64,000 nucleotides of DNA. Origin: a bacterium. Its GTDB lineage: Bacteria; Zhuqueibacterota; Zhuqueibacteria; Oceanimicrobiales; Oceanimicrobiaceae. The stretch is taken from the NCBI GenBank assembly GCA_046757525.1, contig JBHHYI010000001.1, positions 96,001 through 160,000 on the forward strand, written 5' to 3'. The position numbers were made by a program, and so were the translations under genes. Under the pieces are notes generated by a model, which was given only the letters and a program-made list of their open reading frames with translations, ran no database searches and was not told where the DNA came from. Positions 1 through 9,447 of the stretch are shown here, piece after piece (position 1 is the stretch's first letter; each line of letters opens with the position of its first letter).

Positions 1-144
1 GGTTAAGCTAAACCACGACGACAACTCCAAGACCTGAGGGTCTCATAGGATTCTCAGCCCTCCCTTCCCTCAATTTTCAACACCCACTCTGAACAAAACT
101 TCTGTACCCAATCTCTCAATTTCTTAACTTTTGTAAAATTTGCG

Positions 145-172
145 TAAAGCTTCAAAAAAGTTTTGCCGATAC
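145..172 (+). promoter_or_regulatory. sigma28 (FliA)-type promoter
   Basis: TAAA(145-148)-N16-GCCGATAC(165-172), upstream of FlgN/FliT-like and FlgM-like ORFs. Confidence 0.75.
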
Positions 173-263
173 AGCTATTAGAATTTCTTAATAAGCCCAA
201 TGGAGGCAACAGATGGTCGACGGCGGACTTCAGTTGCGATTCGGCCCAAGCGAGGAGACGCAC

Positions 264-614
264 ATGGAGGATGAAGTAAGAGAGTTCCTCGAGACTCTTT
301 CTGACGAGTTAACCAAACAAACACGAACTCTTTCGGAACTGAGACAAATCGTGGAGTGGCATAATAGCATGAGGCACGCCTCGAACCAGAGCCACGGATG
401 GATTGGTCCCGATGATGAAAAGGAAAAGCTGCTAAGCTTGATCCTGGCGCACAGCAGAGATTTGACCAATTTTCAAAAGATATGGGTTACGCAAAAAAAC
501 CGATTTTCGTTAGCTGCACAGCGCAGGATTCAAGACAAAATTAACGAGCTCAAAGAGGTCGTGTCAGATATATTGGACATGGAAGGGAGGCAACTGCCAA
601 GAGTGACCTCTTGA
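264..614 (+). CDS. helical protein, possibly FlgN/FliT-like flagellar chaperone
   Basis: ATG 264 after GAGGAG (track start 213); amphipathic helices; behind sigma28 promoter. Confidence 0.5.
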   Translation: MEDEVREFLETLSDELTKQTRTLSELRQIVEWHNSMRHASNQSHGWIGPDDEKEKLLSLILAHSRDLTNFQKIWVTQKNRFSLAAQRRIQDKINELKEVVSDILDMEGRQLPRVTS

Positions 615-805
615 AAGCGGCGAATAAAACTACTATTGAGCAACTCATTATGACTAAATCTGATGATCGTGCCAAAAATCTTAACTTGATCCTACAACGC
701 CTTCGAAATGGATTTTACACAACCAGCGAAGTAACAGAGAGGATCGCCAAGAAAATCCTGGAGGAGCATCTCTGCCACGAGTTACCCGCGGTCAAGGAAA
801 TTTGA
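611..805 (+). CDS. FlgM-like anti-sigma28 factor (C-terminal domain)
   Basis: DRAKNLNLILQRLRNGFY...VTERIAKKIL resembles the FlgM sigma28-binding helices. Confidence 0.6.
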   Translation: MKAANKTTIEQLIMTKSDDRAKNLNLILQRLRNGFYTTSEVTERIAKKILEEHLCHELPAVKEI

Positions 806-814
806 TCAAAATCC

Positions 815-843
815 TTGACTTTTAATTCTGGTATGTGTATTTT
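815..843 (+). promoter_or_regulatory. sigma70 promoter of tRNA-Ala
   Basis: TTGACT-N17-TATTTT. Confidence 0.6.
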
Positions 844-853
844 TCGTTTACAA

Positions 854-927
854 GGGGCCGTAGCTCAGTTTGGGAGAGCGCATGACTGGCAGTCATGAGG
901 TCGTGGGTTCGATCCCCATCGGCTCCA
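854..927 (+). tRNA. tRNA-Ala(GGC)
   Basis: Acceptor GGGGCCG/CGGCTCC with G3:U70; anticodon arm CATGA-CTGGCAG-TCATG; GTTCGA T loop. Confidence 0.97.
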
Positions 928-928
928 C

Positions 929-965
929 AAAAAAAGCCCGTAGCGATTCGCATTGCGGGCTTTTT
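929..965. terminator. bidirectional intrinsic terminator
   Basis: AAAAAGCCCG...CGGGCTTTTT between tRNA-Ala and a convergent small ORF. Confidence 0.8.
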
Positions 966-1021
966 GCTTGAGAGAGACTGCCGCAGGCAATTGAATAGGG
1001 TGGGCCAAGGTCGCATGAGCT

Positions 1022-1201
1022 TCATGGGCTGTTAATACTTCCAAGGGTAATGAAGCTGTAAAGATTTCTACCGCAATTGTTGTCACATTTGAATTCTTCA
1101 AACAGGCGTTTTGACTCCGTTTCGTCTTTCACGATGAATCTCTTAACATTGCCACATGATTCACAGGTAATGATCAATTCCTGGACTTGAATGGAACTCA
1201 T
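1022..1201 (-). CDS. 59-aa putative zinc-ribbon protein (not in ORF track)
   Basis: MSSIQVQELIITCESCGNVKRFIVKDETESKRLFEEFKCDNNCGRNLYSFITLGSINSP; CxxC...CxxxC; GGGAG RBS. Confidence 0.7.
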   Translation of the reverse strand: MSSIQVQELIITCESCGNVKRFIVKDETESKRLFEEFKCDNNCGRNLYSFITLGSINSP

Positions 1202-1302
1202 ATTCTGATTCTCCCGTTGTTGAATTGTTCAGCCGTTTAATATAATAAAATCTGATTAATCTTAAAAGTTAAAAGTTGTGAATTCTTGCGCACCAGACAC
1301 CG

Positions 1303-1440
1303 ATGGTTAAGATCGTTATCATCACCCTTTTGTTGTTGTTCATATTTTTGGTGAACAAAAGGAACAAGCGCCTTCACAAATCTATTCGACAACGTCGGCA
1401 AGAGATATTAGACCGCATGCGAAATGTCAGGCGCCAATGA
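1303..1440 (+). CDS. 45-aa single-TM protein with basic tail (not in ORF track)
   Basis: MVKIVIITLLLLFIFLVNKRNKRLHKSIRQRRQEILDRMRNVRRQ; no clear RBS. Confidence 0.5.
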   Translation: MVKIVIITLLLLFIFLVNKRNKRLHKSIRQRRQEILDRMRNVRRQ

Positions 1441-1462
1441 GGGCAAAAACACAAAATAAATC

Positions 1463-1491
1463 TTGCATACTATTTAATTATTTGGTATATT
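1463..1491 (+). promoter_or_regulatory. sigma70 promoter of tRNA operon
   Basis: TTGCAT-N17-TATATT. Confidence 0.7.
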
Positions 1492-1508
1492 TTACCAAAG
1501 AATTTTCA

Positions 1509-1581
1509 GCGGGAGTGGCTCAGTTGGTAGAGCATCACCTTGCCAAGGTGAGGGTCGCGGGTTCGAACCCCGTCTCCCGCT
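1509..1581 (+). tRNA. tRNA-Gly(GCC)
   Basis: Acceptor GCGGGAG/CTCCCGC; anticodon loop TTGCCAA. Confidence 0.97.
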
Positions 1582-1628
1582 CTTTGTGGATCAGGGCTCA
1601 AAATGGCTCTGATCTTTTTTTGTCCAAA

Positions 1629-1701
1629 GGCGGTGTAGCCAAGTGGCCAAGGCGGAGGTCTGCAAAACCTCTATTCATCGGTTCGAATCCGATCGCCGCC
1701 T
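1629..1701 (+). tRNA. tRNA-Cys(GCA)
   Basis: Acceptor GGCGGTG/CGCCGCC; GAGGT-CTGCAAA-ACCTC; U discriminator. Confidence 0.97.
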
Positions 1702-1731
1702 CTGATTCGCGCGCGTTGTGGATGCGTGTAG

Positions 1732-1818
1732 GCCGGGGTGGCGAAATTTGGTAGACGCAAGGGACTTAAAATCCCTCGGAAATTCGTTTCCGTGCCGGTT
1801 CGAGTCCGGCCCTCGGCA
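1732..1818 (+). tRNA. tRNA-Leu(TAA)
   Basis: AGGGA-CTTAAAA-TCCCT; long variable arm. Confidence 0.97.
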
Positions 1819-1871
1819 CCGCTTGCTAATATCCAGGAGTTGAGACACGACTCCTCATCTTCCACTCTATT

Positions 1872-1955
1872 GCCGGGGTGGTGAAATTGGCAGACGCGCT
1901 GGACTCAAAATCCAGTGGACTTCGGTCCGTGAGGGTTCGAGTCCCTCCCCCGGCA
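1872..1955 (+). tRNA. tRNA-Leu(CAA)
   Basis: CTGGA-CTCAAAA-TCCAG; long variable arm. Confidence 0.97.
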
Positions 1956-2043
1956 CTAAAAGCCCGGTTCAAAAAGCCTTTTTCCCATCCCGTTCTAATC
2001 TCTTCTCGGTATTGCCCATGGGCTTCAACGTAAGCCCCCAAAC

Positions 2044-2146
2044 TGTCATTTCGAGTCAGGCGGCTGCCTGACGAGAAATCTGATTTGTGCCTAAATCAGA
2101 CCCCTCGACTACGTCCGGCAACTGCCGGACTCCGCTCGGGGTGACA
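2044..2146. repeat. TGTCA...TGACA-bounded multi-hairpin REP/MITE-like element
   Basis: Outer stem TGTCATTTCGAG/CTCGGGGTGACA enclosing hairpins GTCAGGC/GCCTGAC, TCTGATTT/AAATCAGA and GTCCGGCA/TGCCGGAC. Confidence 0.65.
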
Positions 2147-2311
2147 ATCTGGTGCTTAGACGTCCGTTAAGTTGACGCCAAAACGGTATTGCCGTTGCGC
2201 CTCTTGCTATGGTGAAACGTCTTATTTGCCGAAATTTGCCACCCAAAAAAACCTTGACATTTGTCCTTATATTTTGAATATTAAGCACGTATCTTTGGCG
2301 AAAGGGGTTCC

Positions 2312-3058
2312 ATGATTTCATTTTTGGTATTCATTACTGCAATAATAGCTGGCATAGGTTACTTTGTTCTGGGGCAGGGACTTTGGGTCATTGTGGCTCT
2401 TCTTGTCGTCACCCTGGCAACACGTTTTCGAGAGCAAACCAAATCTTATGGCAGGTTTGTTGAGGTTGTATTTTTGTTTTGCCTGGTTTCATTTGTTATC
2501 GGACAACTGGGCATACATTTTCCCTATTCTTTGATTATCGTACTGGCCTCTTTGATCATGTTGATTTCTCTCGACGGTCCTGCGTGGGGCGAATTGTACT
2601 TTTTGCCCGCTCTCACGCACAAATATTTTAAGCTGTCTTTGGTCGTGGCTTTTCTGACCTTAGCAGTGTTCGGAATTTGGGTCTTCTTGAAGGTTCCTGC
2701 GGGCGAAAATCCAGTTCCCCTGAGTTGGCCTCTGGACACATTGATCGTTATGGGGGTCGGCTTCGCGTTCTATCTGGCCATTGTGGAAGAGATAATTTTC
2801 AGAAGTATTTTGCTCGAGCGGGTGAAATCAGCGGCGGGCATAAACTGGGCCGTTCCCATCCAGGGCACCTTTTACGGCTTAATGCATTACCGAAGCGGAA
2901 TTCCCAACGGCCTGGGGGGGGTCGCATTGGTTTCCTGTTTCGGAATAGGTCTGGGCTATCTGGTAAAGAAATCCAATAGTGTCTATTTGTCCATGTTGGT
3001 CAATTTTGTAGTCACTTTCTTGGTCTTTTTGGAACTTACCGTGCTTGGCAAGGCTTAG
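2312..3058 (+). CDS. CPBP (CAAX/Abi) family intramembrane protease
   Basis: Multiple TM segments; EEIIFR and FYGLMH motifs; last His motif reads N. Confidence 0.85.
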   Translation: MISFLVFITAIIAGIGYFVLGQGLWVIVALLVVTLATRFREQTKSYGRFVEVVFLFCLVSFVIGQLGIHFPYSLIIVLASLIMLISLDGPAWGELYFLPALTHKYFKLSLVVAFLTLAVFGIWVFLKVPAGENPVPLSWPLDTLIVMGVGFAFYLAIVEEIIFRSILLERVKSAAGINWAVPIQGTFYGLMHYRSGIPNGLGGVALVSCFGIGLGYLVKKSNSVYLSMLVNFVVTFLVFLELTVLGKA

Positions 3059-3062
3059 GCTC

Positions 3063-3596
3063 ATGGGACGGCGACCAACGCATTTGGTAAAATATATCGC
3101 CGCGCTTATGTTTTCTAAGGACGAATTGAATCGCGAGGCTAAGCACAATTTGGAGACCCAATTTGGTGAAATCGACCAGGAATCCCCTGCTTTCCGGTTT
3201 ACTCACACTGAATATTATGCAAAAGAGATGGGGCCTGATTTGATGAAGCAGTTTGTCAGTTTCAAGAAGTTAAAGGAACGCGAGGAGCTGGTCAGCTTGA
3301 AGTTGTACGCCATGGGTTTGGAAGACCAATTCGCAAAGGCAGGCCAACGGCAAGTCAACATCGATCCGGCTTATTTGGAGCTGGCAAAACTCGTGGTGGC
3401 TTCCAGAAAAAACTTTGATCACAGAATCTATTTAGGCAAAGGGGTGTTCGCGGACCTGCAATTGCGCTATCGACACGGACAGTTTGTGGCCCTTGAGTGG
3501 ACGTACCCGGATTATCAGTCTGAGATCGTGTTGACCTTCTTGCAGCGGGTGCGAGCACGCTACTACGACGAACTCAACTGCGTGGCGTATGAATGA
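3063..3596 (+). CDS. DUF4416 family protein
   Basis: TEYYAKEMG, NIDPAYL, KNFDHRIYL, WTYPDY; start uncertain (3045 or 3063). Confidence 0.85.
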   Translation: MGRRPTHLVKYIAALMFSKDELNREAKHNLETQFGEIDQESPAFRFTHTEYYAKEMGPDLMKQFVSFKKLKEREELVSLKLYAMGLEDQFAKAGQRQVNIDPAYLELAKLVVASRKNFDHRIYLGKGVFADLQLRYRHGQFVALEWTYPDYQSEIVLTFLQRVRARYYDELNCVAYE

Positions 3597-4599
3597 ATTT
3601 ACCTACAAAAAGGCGGGCGTTGACCGGGCCTTTGGTGAACAGACCAAAGCGCAGATTAAGGAATTAGCGCGGTCCACTTTTTCCGAGTCTGTGCTAAAGG
3701 ATATCGGGTTGTTTGGTGGTTTCTACCAATTGGACGCCGAGAAAGCGTCAAGCCCGGTTCTGGTGTCAAGCATCGATGGGGTGGGAACAAAAATAGACGT
3801 TGCACAAATGGTCGGTCAGTACGGCAGCATAGGAGAGGACCTGGTCAATCATTGTGTCAATGACATCATGGTTTGTGGTGCCGATCCAATCTTCTTTCTG
3901 GATTATCTGGCCGCAGATCACCTGAAGGCTGACGTCATCCAGGAGATCGTTCGAGGTATTGCACGCGCCTGCAAGCACGCGGGTTGCGCCTTGATCGGAG
4001 GAGAAACTGCGGAAATGCCCGGCACCTACGTCCAGGAAAAAATGGACGTGGTGGGTGCCATCGTGGGTCTGGTTGAAAAAGACGCCATCATCGACGGCAG
4101 CAAGGTAGGGCAGGGAGATGTTCTGATTGGCGTGGCGTCTAACGGATTGCACACCAACGGCTTTTCCCTGGTGCGAAAGGTGTTGTTTGAGCACAAGAAT
4201 TACAGACCTTCTGATTATTTGGCGGAGCTCGATTCTTCCTTAGGCGAGGAGTTGCTCAAGACACACAGAAGCTACCAGCGCCTGATTCAAACGGTGCGCG
4301 AGGACAAAAGCTTGCACGGCATAGCCCACGTCACAGGTGGGGGGATCGTTGACAATACCAGGCGTCTTTTACCCGGGCGTCTTGAAGTGCAAATTTATTG
4401 GTCAGCCTGGGAGGTGCCGCCTATCTTCAAGATCATTCAAAAGGAAGGCAGGGTAAGCGATTCTGAAATGCAACAGGTTTTCAACCTGGGCGTTGGCCTG
4501 GTATTGGTGGTGGAGAACGACAGCGCTGACCGTTTTCTGCGTCTGTCGAAAACCAACATGGGCGGTTCTTATCTCATTGGAACCGTAGTAAGCAAGTAG
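3589..4599 (+). CDS. purM: phosphoribosylformylglycinamidine cyclo-ligase
   Basis: YKKAGVD, DGVGTK, GGETAEMPG, SNGLHTNGFS, HVTGGG. Confidence 0.97.
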   Translation: MNEFTYKKAGVDRAFGEQTKAQIKELARSTFSESVLKDIGLFGGFYQLDAEKASSPVLVSSIDGVGTKIDVAQMVGQYGSIGEDLVNHCVNDIMVCGADPIFFLDYLAADHLKADVIQEIVRGIARACKHAGCALIGGETAEMPGTYVQEKMDVVGAIVGLVEKDAIIDGSKVGQGDVLIGVASNGLHTNGFSLVRKVLFEHKNYRPSDYLAELDSSLGEELLKTHRSYQRLIQTVREDKSLHGIAHVTGGGIVDNTRRLLPGRLEVQIYWSAWEVPPIFKIIQKEGRVSDSEMQQVFNLGVGLVLVVENDSADRFLRLSKTNMGGSYLIGTVVSK

Positions 4600-4612
4600 G
4601 CAAGGAGGGACT

Positions 4613-5608
4613 TTGACACGTTTAGGCATCATAGGGGCAGGAAGTTGGGGAACAGCTCTGGCCATTCTGCTAAATTCAAACGGTCGCCAGGTAACGTTGT
4701 GGAGCCGCAACAGCGAAGTCATCGATTCGATTTTAAAACAGAGGGTCAATAAGAAATACTTGCCGGATGCCAATTTAGCCCCAGAAATCCAAATCGATGA
4801 CGATCTAAACAGGGTCGTGCGGGAAAAAGATGGCATCATCGTGGCGGTTCCGTCGCACGCGGTTCGGTCTGTGATGAACGCTATCGATGAGATCGACGAT
4901 GAGAGCATTCTGATCAGCGTCGTCAAGGGCATTGAAAACCACACCTTGTTGCGCGTCAGTGAAATCTTGAAAGAAAAATACAGTGAAGAGAGAATCGCTG
5001 TTTTGTGTGGTCCAAGTCATGCCGAGGAAGTCTGCAAAATGATTCCCACAGCGGTGGTGTGCGCCTCCAAAAACTTGAGGACTGCCGAATGGGTACAGAA
5101 AACGTTTATGGCTCCAACCTTCCGCGTTTACATGCACAGCGATGTGATTGGTGTAGAGCTTGGGGCCTCGTTGAAAAATATCATCGCCGTGGCGGCAGGC
5201 ATCATCGATGGGGTCGGCGCCGGGGACAACACCAAGGCGGCCCTAATCACCCGCGCCCTGGCTGAAATAACCCGGCTCGGGACCAGTTTGGGGGCCAACT
5301 CTCTGACGTTTGCCGGCCTGTCCGGCATGGGGGATTTAATCGTTACTTGTATGAGCAAATATAGCCGGAATCGTTATCTTGGAGAACAGATTGGCAGAGG
5401 CAAATCCCTGGAAGAGGTACTCGCGGAGATGGTAATGGTTGCGGAAGGCGTTAAAACAACACGGTCAGCGCATGAATTGGCTGCGAAACATCACGTCGAA
5501 GTACCGATCATCAGCGAAGCCTATCATGTGCTGTTCGAAAACAAGGACCCCCAAAAAGCGGTGTTCGATTTAATGACCAGGGCCGCCAAAATTGAGGATT
5601 GGGGTTAA
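4613..5608 (+). CDS. gpsA: NAD(P)H-dependent glycerol-3-phosphate dehydrogenase
   Basis: GAGSWGTALA, GPSHAEEV, LKNIIA, GDLIVTC, SRN, VAEGV. Confidence 0.97.
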   Translation: MTRLGIIGAGSWGTALAILLNSNGRQVTLWSRNSEVIDSILKQRVNKKYLPDANLAPEIQIDDDLNRVVREKDGIIVAVPSHAVRSVMNAIDEIDDESILISVVKGIENHTLLRVSEILKEKYSEERIAVLCGPSHAEEVCKMIPTAVVCASKNLRTAEWVQKTFMAPTFRVYMHSDVIGVELGASLKNIIAVAAGIIDGVGAGDNTKAALITRALAEITRLGTSLGANSLTFAGLSGMGDLIVTCMSKYSRNRYLGEQIGRGKSLEEVLAEMVMVAEGVKTTRSAHELAAKHHVEVPIISEAYHVLFENKDPQKAVFDLMTRAAKIEDWG

Positions 5609-5614
5609 GGGTTT

Positions 5615-6451
5615 ATGGTAAAGTCCATCTTGCTGTCCGTTGACGGCTCGAGTTACACCGAAGCAGTTGTCAAGCAGGGCATTTATTTGGCAAATGCGTT
5701 CGAATCGCACATAAGGGTGGTGTCTGTGGTGGACATTCGTTTGTTTGAATGGCCCATGGGCATGGGTGCCGACGCCTTTGTGCCAATCATTCCTTCGTCG
5801 CTCTATCAAGAAGAGTCCAAAAGAATGTTGGAAGCTAAATCCGATGCCGTGCTCCAGAAATGTTCCGGCTTACTCCAAAGCGAAGGTCTGGAATTTGAGA
5901 CGGAAAAAATCTACGGCCCGCCTGTCGATGTGATTTGCGAAAAGTCCTACTTAGTGGATTTGTTGATTATGGGGTCGCGGGGAGAATTTGCTAAATGGAA
6001 GAGCAAATTGGTGGGAGCAACTCTCGAAGCCGTAGTGCGACAGTGCAACAAGCCCATATTAATCACGCGCGAACGATTCAACCCAATTTCTAAAATCCTC
6101 GTAGCCTATGACGGCAGCGACAAGGCCAACAAGGCCTTGCAGTTGGTGGCGTTTTTTGGCACCAAATTGAAGGCGAACATTGTCGTCTTGGCTGTCCATG
6201 AAAATGATCAAGTTCGCAACAAATACCTCCAGGAGGCCGATGCTTACCTGGAACCTTACAAATGCGATTTAGAACTCATCGGCGTTTCGGGCAGCCCTGA
6301 GAAGTCGATCGTACAACTTGCCAATGAGAAAGCTTGTGACTTAATCGTGATAGGGGCCTTTGGACATTCAAGAATTCGAGAAGCCATCCTGGGCAGTACA
6401 ACAGAGCAGGTGATGCGAGCAGCCAGAATTCCGGTTCTGTTGTCCAAGTAG
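5615..6451 (+). CDS. tandem universal stress protein
   Basis: Two USP domains (ILLSVDGS; ILVAYDGS...GAFGHSRIREAILGSTT). Confidence 0.93.
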   Translation: MVKSILLSVDGSSYTEAVVKQGIYLANAFESHIRVVSVVDIRLFEWPMGMGADAFVPIIPSSLYQEESKRMLEAKSDAVLQKCSGLLQSEGLEFETEKIYGPPVDVICEKSYLVDLLIMGSRGEFAKWKSKLVGATLEAVVRQCNKPILITRERFNPISKILVAYDGSDKANKALQLVAFFGTKLKANIVVLAVHENDQVRNKYLQEADAYLEPYKCDLELIGVSGSPEKSIVQLANEKACDLIVIGAFGHSRIREAILGSTTEQVMRAARIPVLLSK

Positions 6452-6464
6452 TTGCCGGTTGCTT

Positions 6465-6578
6465 AAAAAACTGAGTTTTTAAGTGAAAATTGCACGCTAT
6501 TTAAGTTGTTGGACATGGGAATGTCATGATTACCCAAAAAATAAATAATGGTAAATTACCAAAAAAACTCAGTTTTTT
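6465..6578. repeat. pair of inverted near-palindromes upstream of asnS
   Basis: AAAAAACTGAGTTTTT (6465-6480) and AAAAAAACTCAGTTTTTT (6561-6578). Confidence 0.5.
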
Positions 6579-6640
6579 GGGTCAGGTTAAATAAGCTCCA
6601 ATGAATTATTCAGGCTAAAACAGAAGAGGGATGACACTGA

Positions 6641-7936
6641 ATGAACGCACAAACCTATATTTCCGATTTGTCGAAACATGTGGGGCAGGAAGTTTCCGTC
6701 TATGGTTGGCTTTACAACAAACGCTCCAGCGGCAAGTTGTGGTTTTTGTTGATACGGGACGGGAGCGGCATTCTGCAGGCTGTTGCCTTTCGCGGTGATG
6801 TGGGTGAAGAAATCTTTGAACAGTGTGAGCAAGTGACTCAGGAATCTTCGGTCATCGTTAGCGGTACGGTCAATGCAGACAAACGGGCGCCAGGCGGTTA
6901 CGAACTGCAGTTGAGGGGCATCCAAATCCTCCAATTGGCCAGGGATTATCCCATTACTCCCAAGGAACATGGCACCACTTTCCTGATGGATTACAGGCAT
7001 CTTTGGCTGAGGTCTTCGCGGCAACATGCCATTTTGAGAATCAGGCATGAAGTTGTTCGTGCTTGCAGAGATTTTTTCGATCAACGAGGGTTCGTGTTGC
7101 TGGACGCGCCGATCTTTACCCCGGCGGCTTGCGAAGGGACCACCACATTGTTTGAAACCGACTATTTTGGCTCGAAAGCGTATTTGACCCAGAGCGGCCA
7201 GCTCTACATGGAGGCCGGCGCCATGGCGTTCGGAAAAGTTTATTGCTTCGGCCCCACCTTTCGGGCGGAAAAATCAAAAACGCGACGTCATCTGACCGAA
7301 TTTTGGATGATTGAGCCGGAAGTTGCCTACATGGATTTGGATGGCGACATGAATCTGGCCGAGGAGATGGTCACGTTTGTCGTCCAGCGAGTCCTGGAAA
7401 ACCGTGCCGAAGAGCTGAAAGTGCTCGAGCGGGATACCGGGCCCTTGGAGAAAGTCCAAACCCCGTTTCCCAGAATCAAATATGACGAAGCGGTTGCAAT
7501 CCTCAAGAAGAACGGGGTCGCTTTTGAGTGGGGCAACGATTTTGGCGGCACAGATGAAACTGTCATATCGGAACAGTTTGATCGTCCGGTCCTGGTGCAT
7601 CGCTACCCAGCGGAAATCAAAGCTTTTTACATGAAGAACGATCCGCAACAACCCGATCGGTCTTTATCGGTCGACATGTTGGCTCCTGAAGGCTACGGCG
7701 AAATCATCGGTGGTGGGCAGCGCGAGGACGATTTGGCGGTGTTAGAGAAAAAGATCCAGGCCCACGATTTACCCCAAAAAGCCTTTGAGTGGTATCTCGA
7801 TTTGCGCCGCTATGGCTCGGTGCCGCATGCGGGATTTGGGTTGGGCATCGAGCGTGCGGTGACCTGGATTTGCGGGCTAAAACATTTGCGCGAAACCAGT
7901 CCGTTTCCGCGACTCATGCATCGCATCTATCCGTAG
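6641..7936 (+). CDS. asnS: asparagine--tRNA ligase
   Basis: [51 protein letters not shown]. Confidence 0.97.
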   Translation: MNAQTYISDLSKHVGQEVSVYGWLYNKRSSGKLWFLLIRDGSGILQAVAFRGDVGEEIFEQCEQVTQESSVIVSGTVNADKRAPGGYELQLRGIQILQLARDYPITPKEHGTTFLMDYRHLWLRSSRQHAILRIRHEVVRACRDFFDQRGFVLLDAPIFTPAACEGTTTLFETDYFGSKAYLTQSGQLYMEAGAMAFGKVYCFGPTFRAEKSKTRRHLTEFWMIEPEVAYMDLDGDMNLAEEMVTFVVQRVLENRAEELKVLERDTGPLEKVQTPFPRIKYDEAVAILKKNGVAFEWGNDFGGTDETVISEQFDRPVLVHRYPAEIKAFYMKNDPQQPDRSLSVDMLAPEGYGEIIGGGQREDDLAVLEKKIQAHDLPQKAFEWYLDLRRYGSVPHAGFGLGIERAVTWICGLKHLRETSPFPRLMHRIYP

Positions 7937-7943
7937 TTTTTCA

Positions 7944-8399
7944 ATGCAACACAAAATCATTGGCGTCATCGGGGGCAGCGACTGCACGGCTGAGACGGAG
8001 CGTTTGGCCGAGGAAGTGGGGGCGTTGATCGCGCAAAAGAATGCTGTTTTGATTTGTGGCGGGCTCGGTGGCGTCATGGCAGCGGCGTGTCGCGGTGCGA
8101 AGAAACACGGGGGCACGACCATCGGGATTCTGCCAGGAAAAGACAAAACCCAAGCCAACCCGTTTGTAGACATTGCGATTGTAACCGGCATGAGCGATGC
8201 CCGCAATGTCATCATCATTCGGTCGTCGCAGGCGGTGATCGCCATTGACGGCTCGTATGGCACGCTCTCGGAGATTTCGTTTTGTCTGAAGTTTAAAGTC
8301 CCGGTAATTGGCTTGCAAACCTGGGAAGTCGACCCGGGCATCGTTCGTGCTGAGAATGCACGGGATGCTGTGAATTTAGCATTTGACGCAGCTTGTTAA
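7944..8399 (+). CDS. TIGR00725 family (LOG-like) protein
   Basis: CGGLGGVMAAA, TIGILPG, TGMSDARN, GTLSEI. Confidence 0.92.
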   Translation: MQHKIIGVIGGSDCTAETERLAEEVGALIAQKNAVLICGGLGGVMAAACRGAKKHGGTTIGILPGKDKTQANPFVDIAIVTGMSDARNVIIIRSSQAVIAIDGSYGTLSEISFCLKFKVPVIGLQTWEVDPGIVRAENARDAVNLAFDAAC

Positions 8400-8406
8400 C
8401 TTTTCA

Positions 8407-8682
8407 ATGGATGTCTGTGTAAAGTTAATCGTTAAAGGATTGGTCCAGGGAGTTGGATTCCGCTGGTTCGTCTACCGGGTCGCCAACAATTTTGGCGTGC
8501 GGGGCTATGTCAGGAATCTGTACAATGGCGACGTCGAAATTGAAGCGGAAGGGGAACGCGGCCCGGTCGAAGAACTCATTAAAGAAGTCAAAAAGGGACC
8601 GATGTTTGCGAAGGTGGTGGATGTTCTAATCGAGTGGAAAGCTGACAAACCAAAATACAATTCCTTTAGAATCGAGCCTTAA
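8407..8682 (+). CDS. acyP: acylphosphatase
   Basis: VKGLVQGVGFR, GYVRNLYNGDVE. Confidence 0.95.
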   Translation: MDVCVKLIVKGLVQGVGFRWFVYRVANNFGVRGYVRNLYNGDVEIEAEGERGPVEELIKEVKKGPMFAKVVDVLIEWKADKPKYNSFRIEP

Positions 8683-8703
8683 CAATTAGAGGGGAGGGCC
8701 CAA

Positions 8704-9228
8704 ATGCCAGATTTAGAAAGATCGATTCGCAATGTCCCGGATTTCCCCCAAAAGGGTATTGGTTTCAAAGATATTACCACGCTGTTGAAAGACAGGATGG
8801 CTTTCAAACAGGCCGTGTACGAAATGGCCGCCAGGTTCAACTCAGATGCCATTGAAAAAATTGTTGGCATCGAATCGCGCGGATTTATTTTCGGCGCTGC
8901 TCTGGCTTTCCACTGGGGCCTGGGCTTTGTGCCGGTGCGCAAGCCGGGCAAGCTTCCTGCCGAAATCGTTAGCCAGGAATATGACCTGGAGTACGGAACC
9001 GACAGAATCGAGATTCATAAAGACGCCATTTTGCCTGGCGAAAATGTGCTTATCGTGGATGACCTTTTGGCTACGGGCGGAACAGCTTCCGCCACGGTTA
9101 AAGTCGTAGAAAAATTGGGTGGGAAAATATTGGGGCTGGTATTCTTGATTGAGTTGACTTTTTTAAAGGGCCGCGAGAAATTGAAAAGCTACGACGTCGC
9201 TTCCATCATCAAGTACGACTCGGAGTAA
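8704..9228 (+). CDS. apt: adenine phosphoribosyltransferase
   Basis: FKDITTLL, ESRGF, RKPGKLP, VDDLLATGGT. Confidence 0.97.
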   Translation: MPDLERSIRNVPDFPQKGIGFKDITTLLKDRMAFKQAVYEMAARFNSDAIEKIVGIESRGFIFGAALAFHWGLGFVPVRKPGKLPAEIVSQEYDLEYGTDRIEIHKDAILPGENVLIVDDLLATGGTASATVKVVEKLGGKILGLVFLIELTFLKGREKLKSYDVASIIKYDSE

Positions 9229-9300
9229 CACCGCAGCCTCCACGAGTTGCTCACTGGCCTAAATGTCGTCTCTGAAGAACCCCTCCACGCCAAATAAAAA

Positions 9301-9362
9301 AGGCAGGAGTGGAAGGAATATTGGTTCTTCAAGGCTACATTAACCTTTAGCGACTCCTGCCT
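9301..9362. repeat. 10-bp inverted repeat with 42-nt loop, A-tract flanked
   Basis: AGGCAGGAGT(9301-9310)...ACTCCTGCCT(9353-9362). Confidence 0.45.
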
Positions 9363-9447
9363 AAAATCTTTGTTTTGGGTAACAAGAATAAGCCGCTCAT
9401 TATTCCTGAAGTTATGTTTCCTAGGGACTGAGCTGTTTTGGTATTGA

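Noticed and set aside
822..2041. Track ORFs overlapping tRNA genes
   Set aside because: Fully explained by tRNA sequence.
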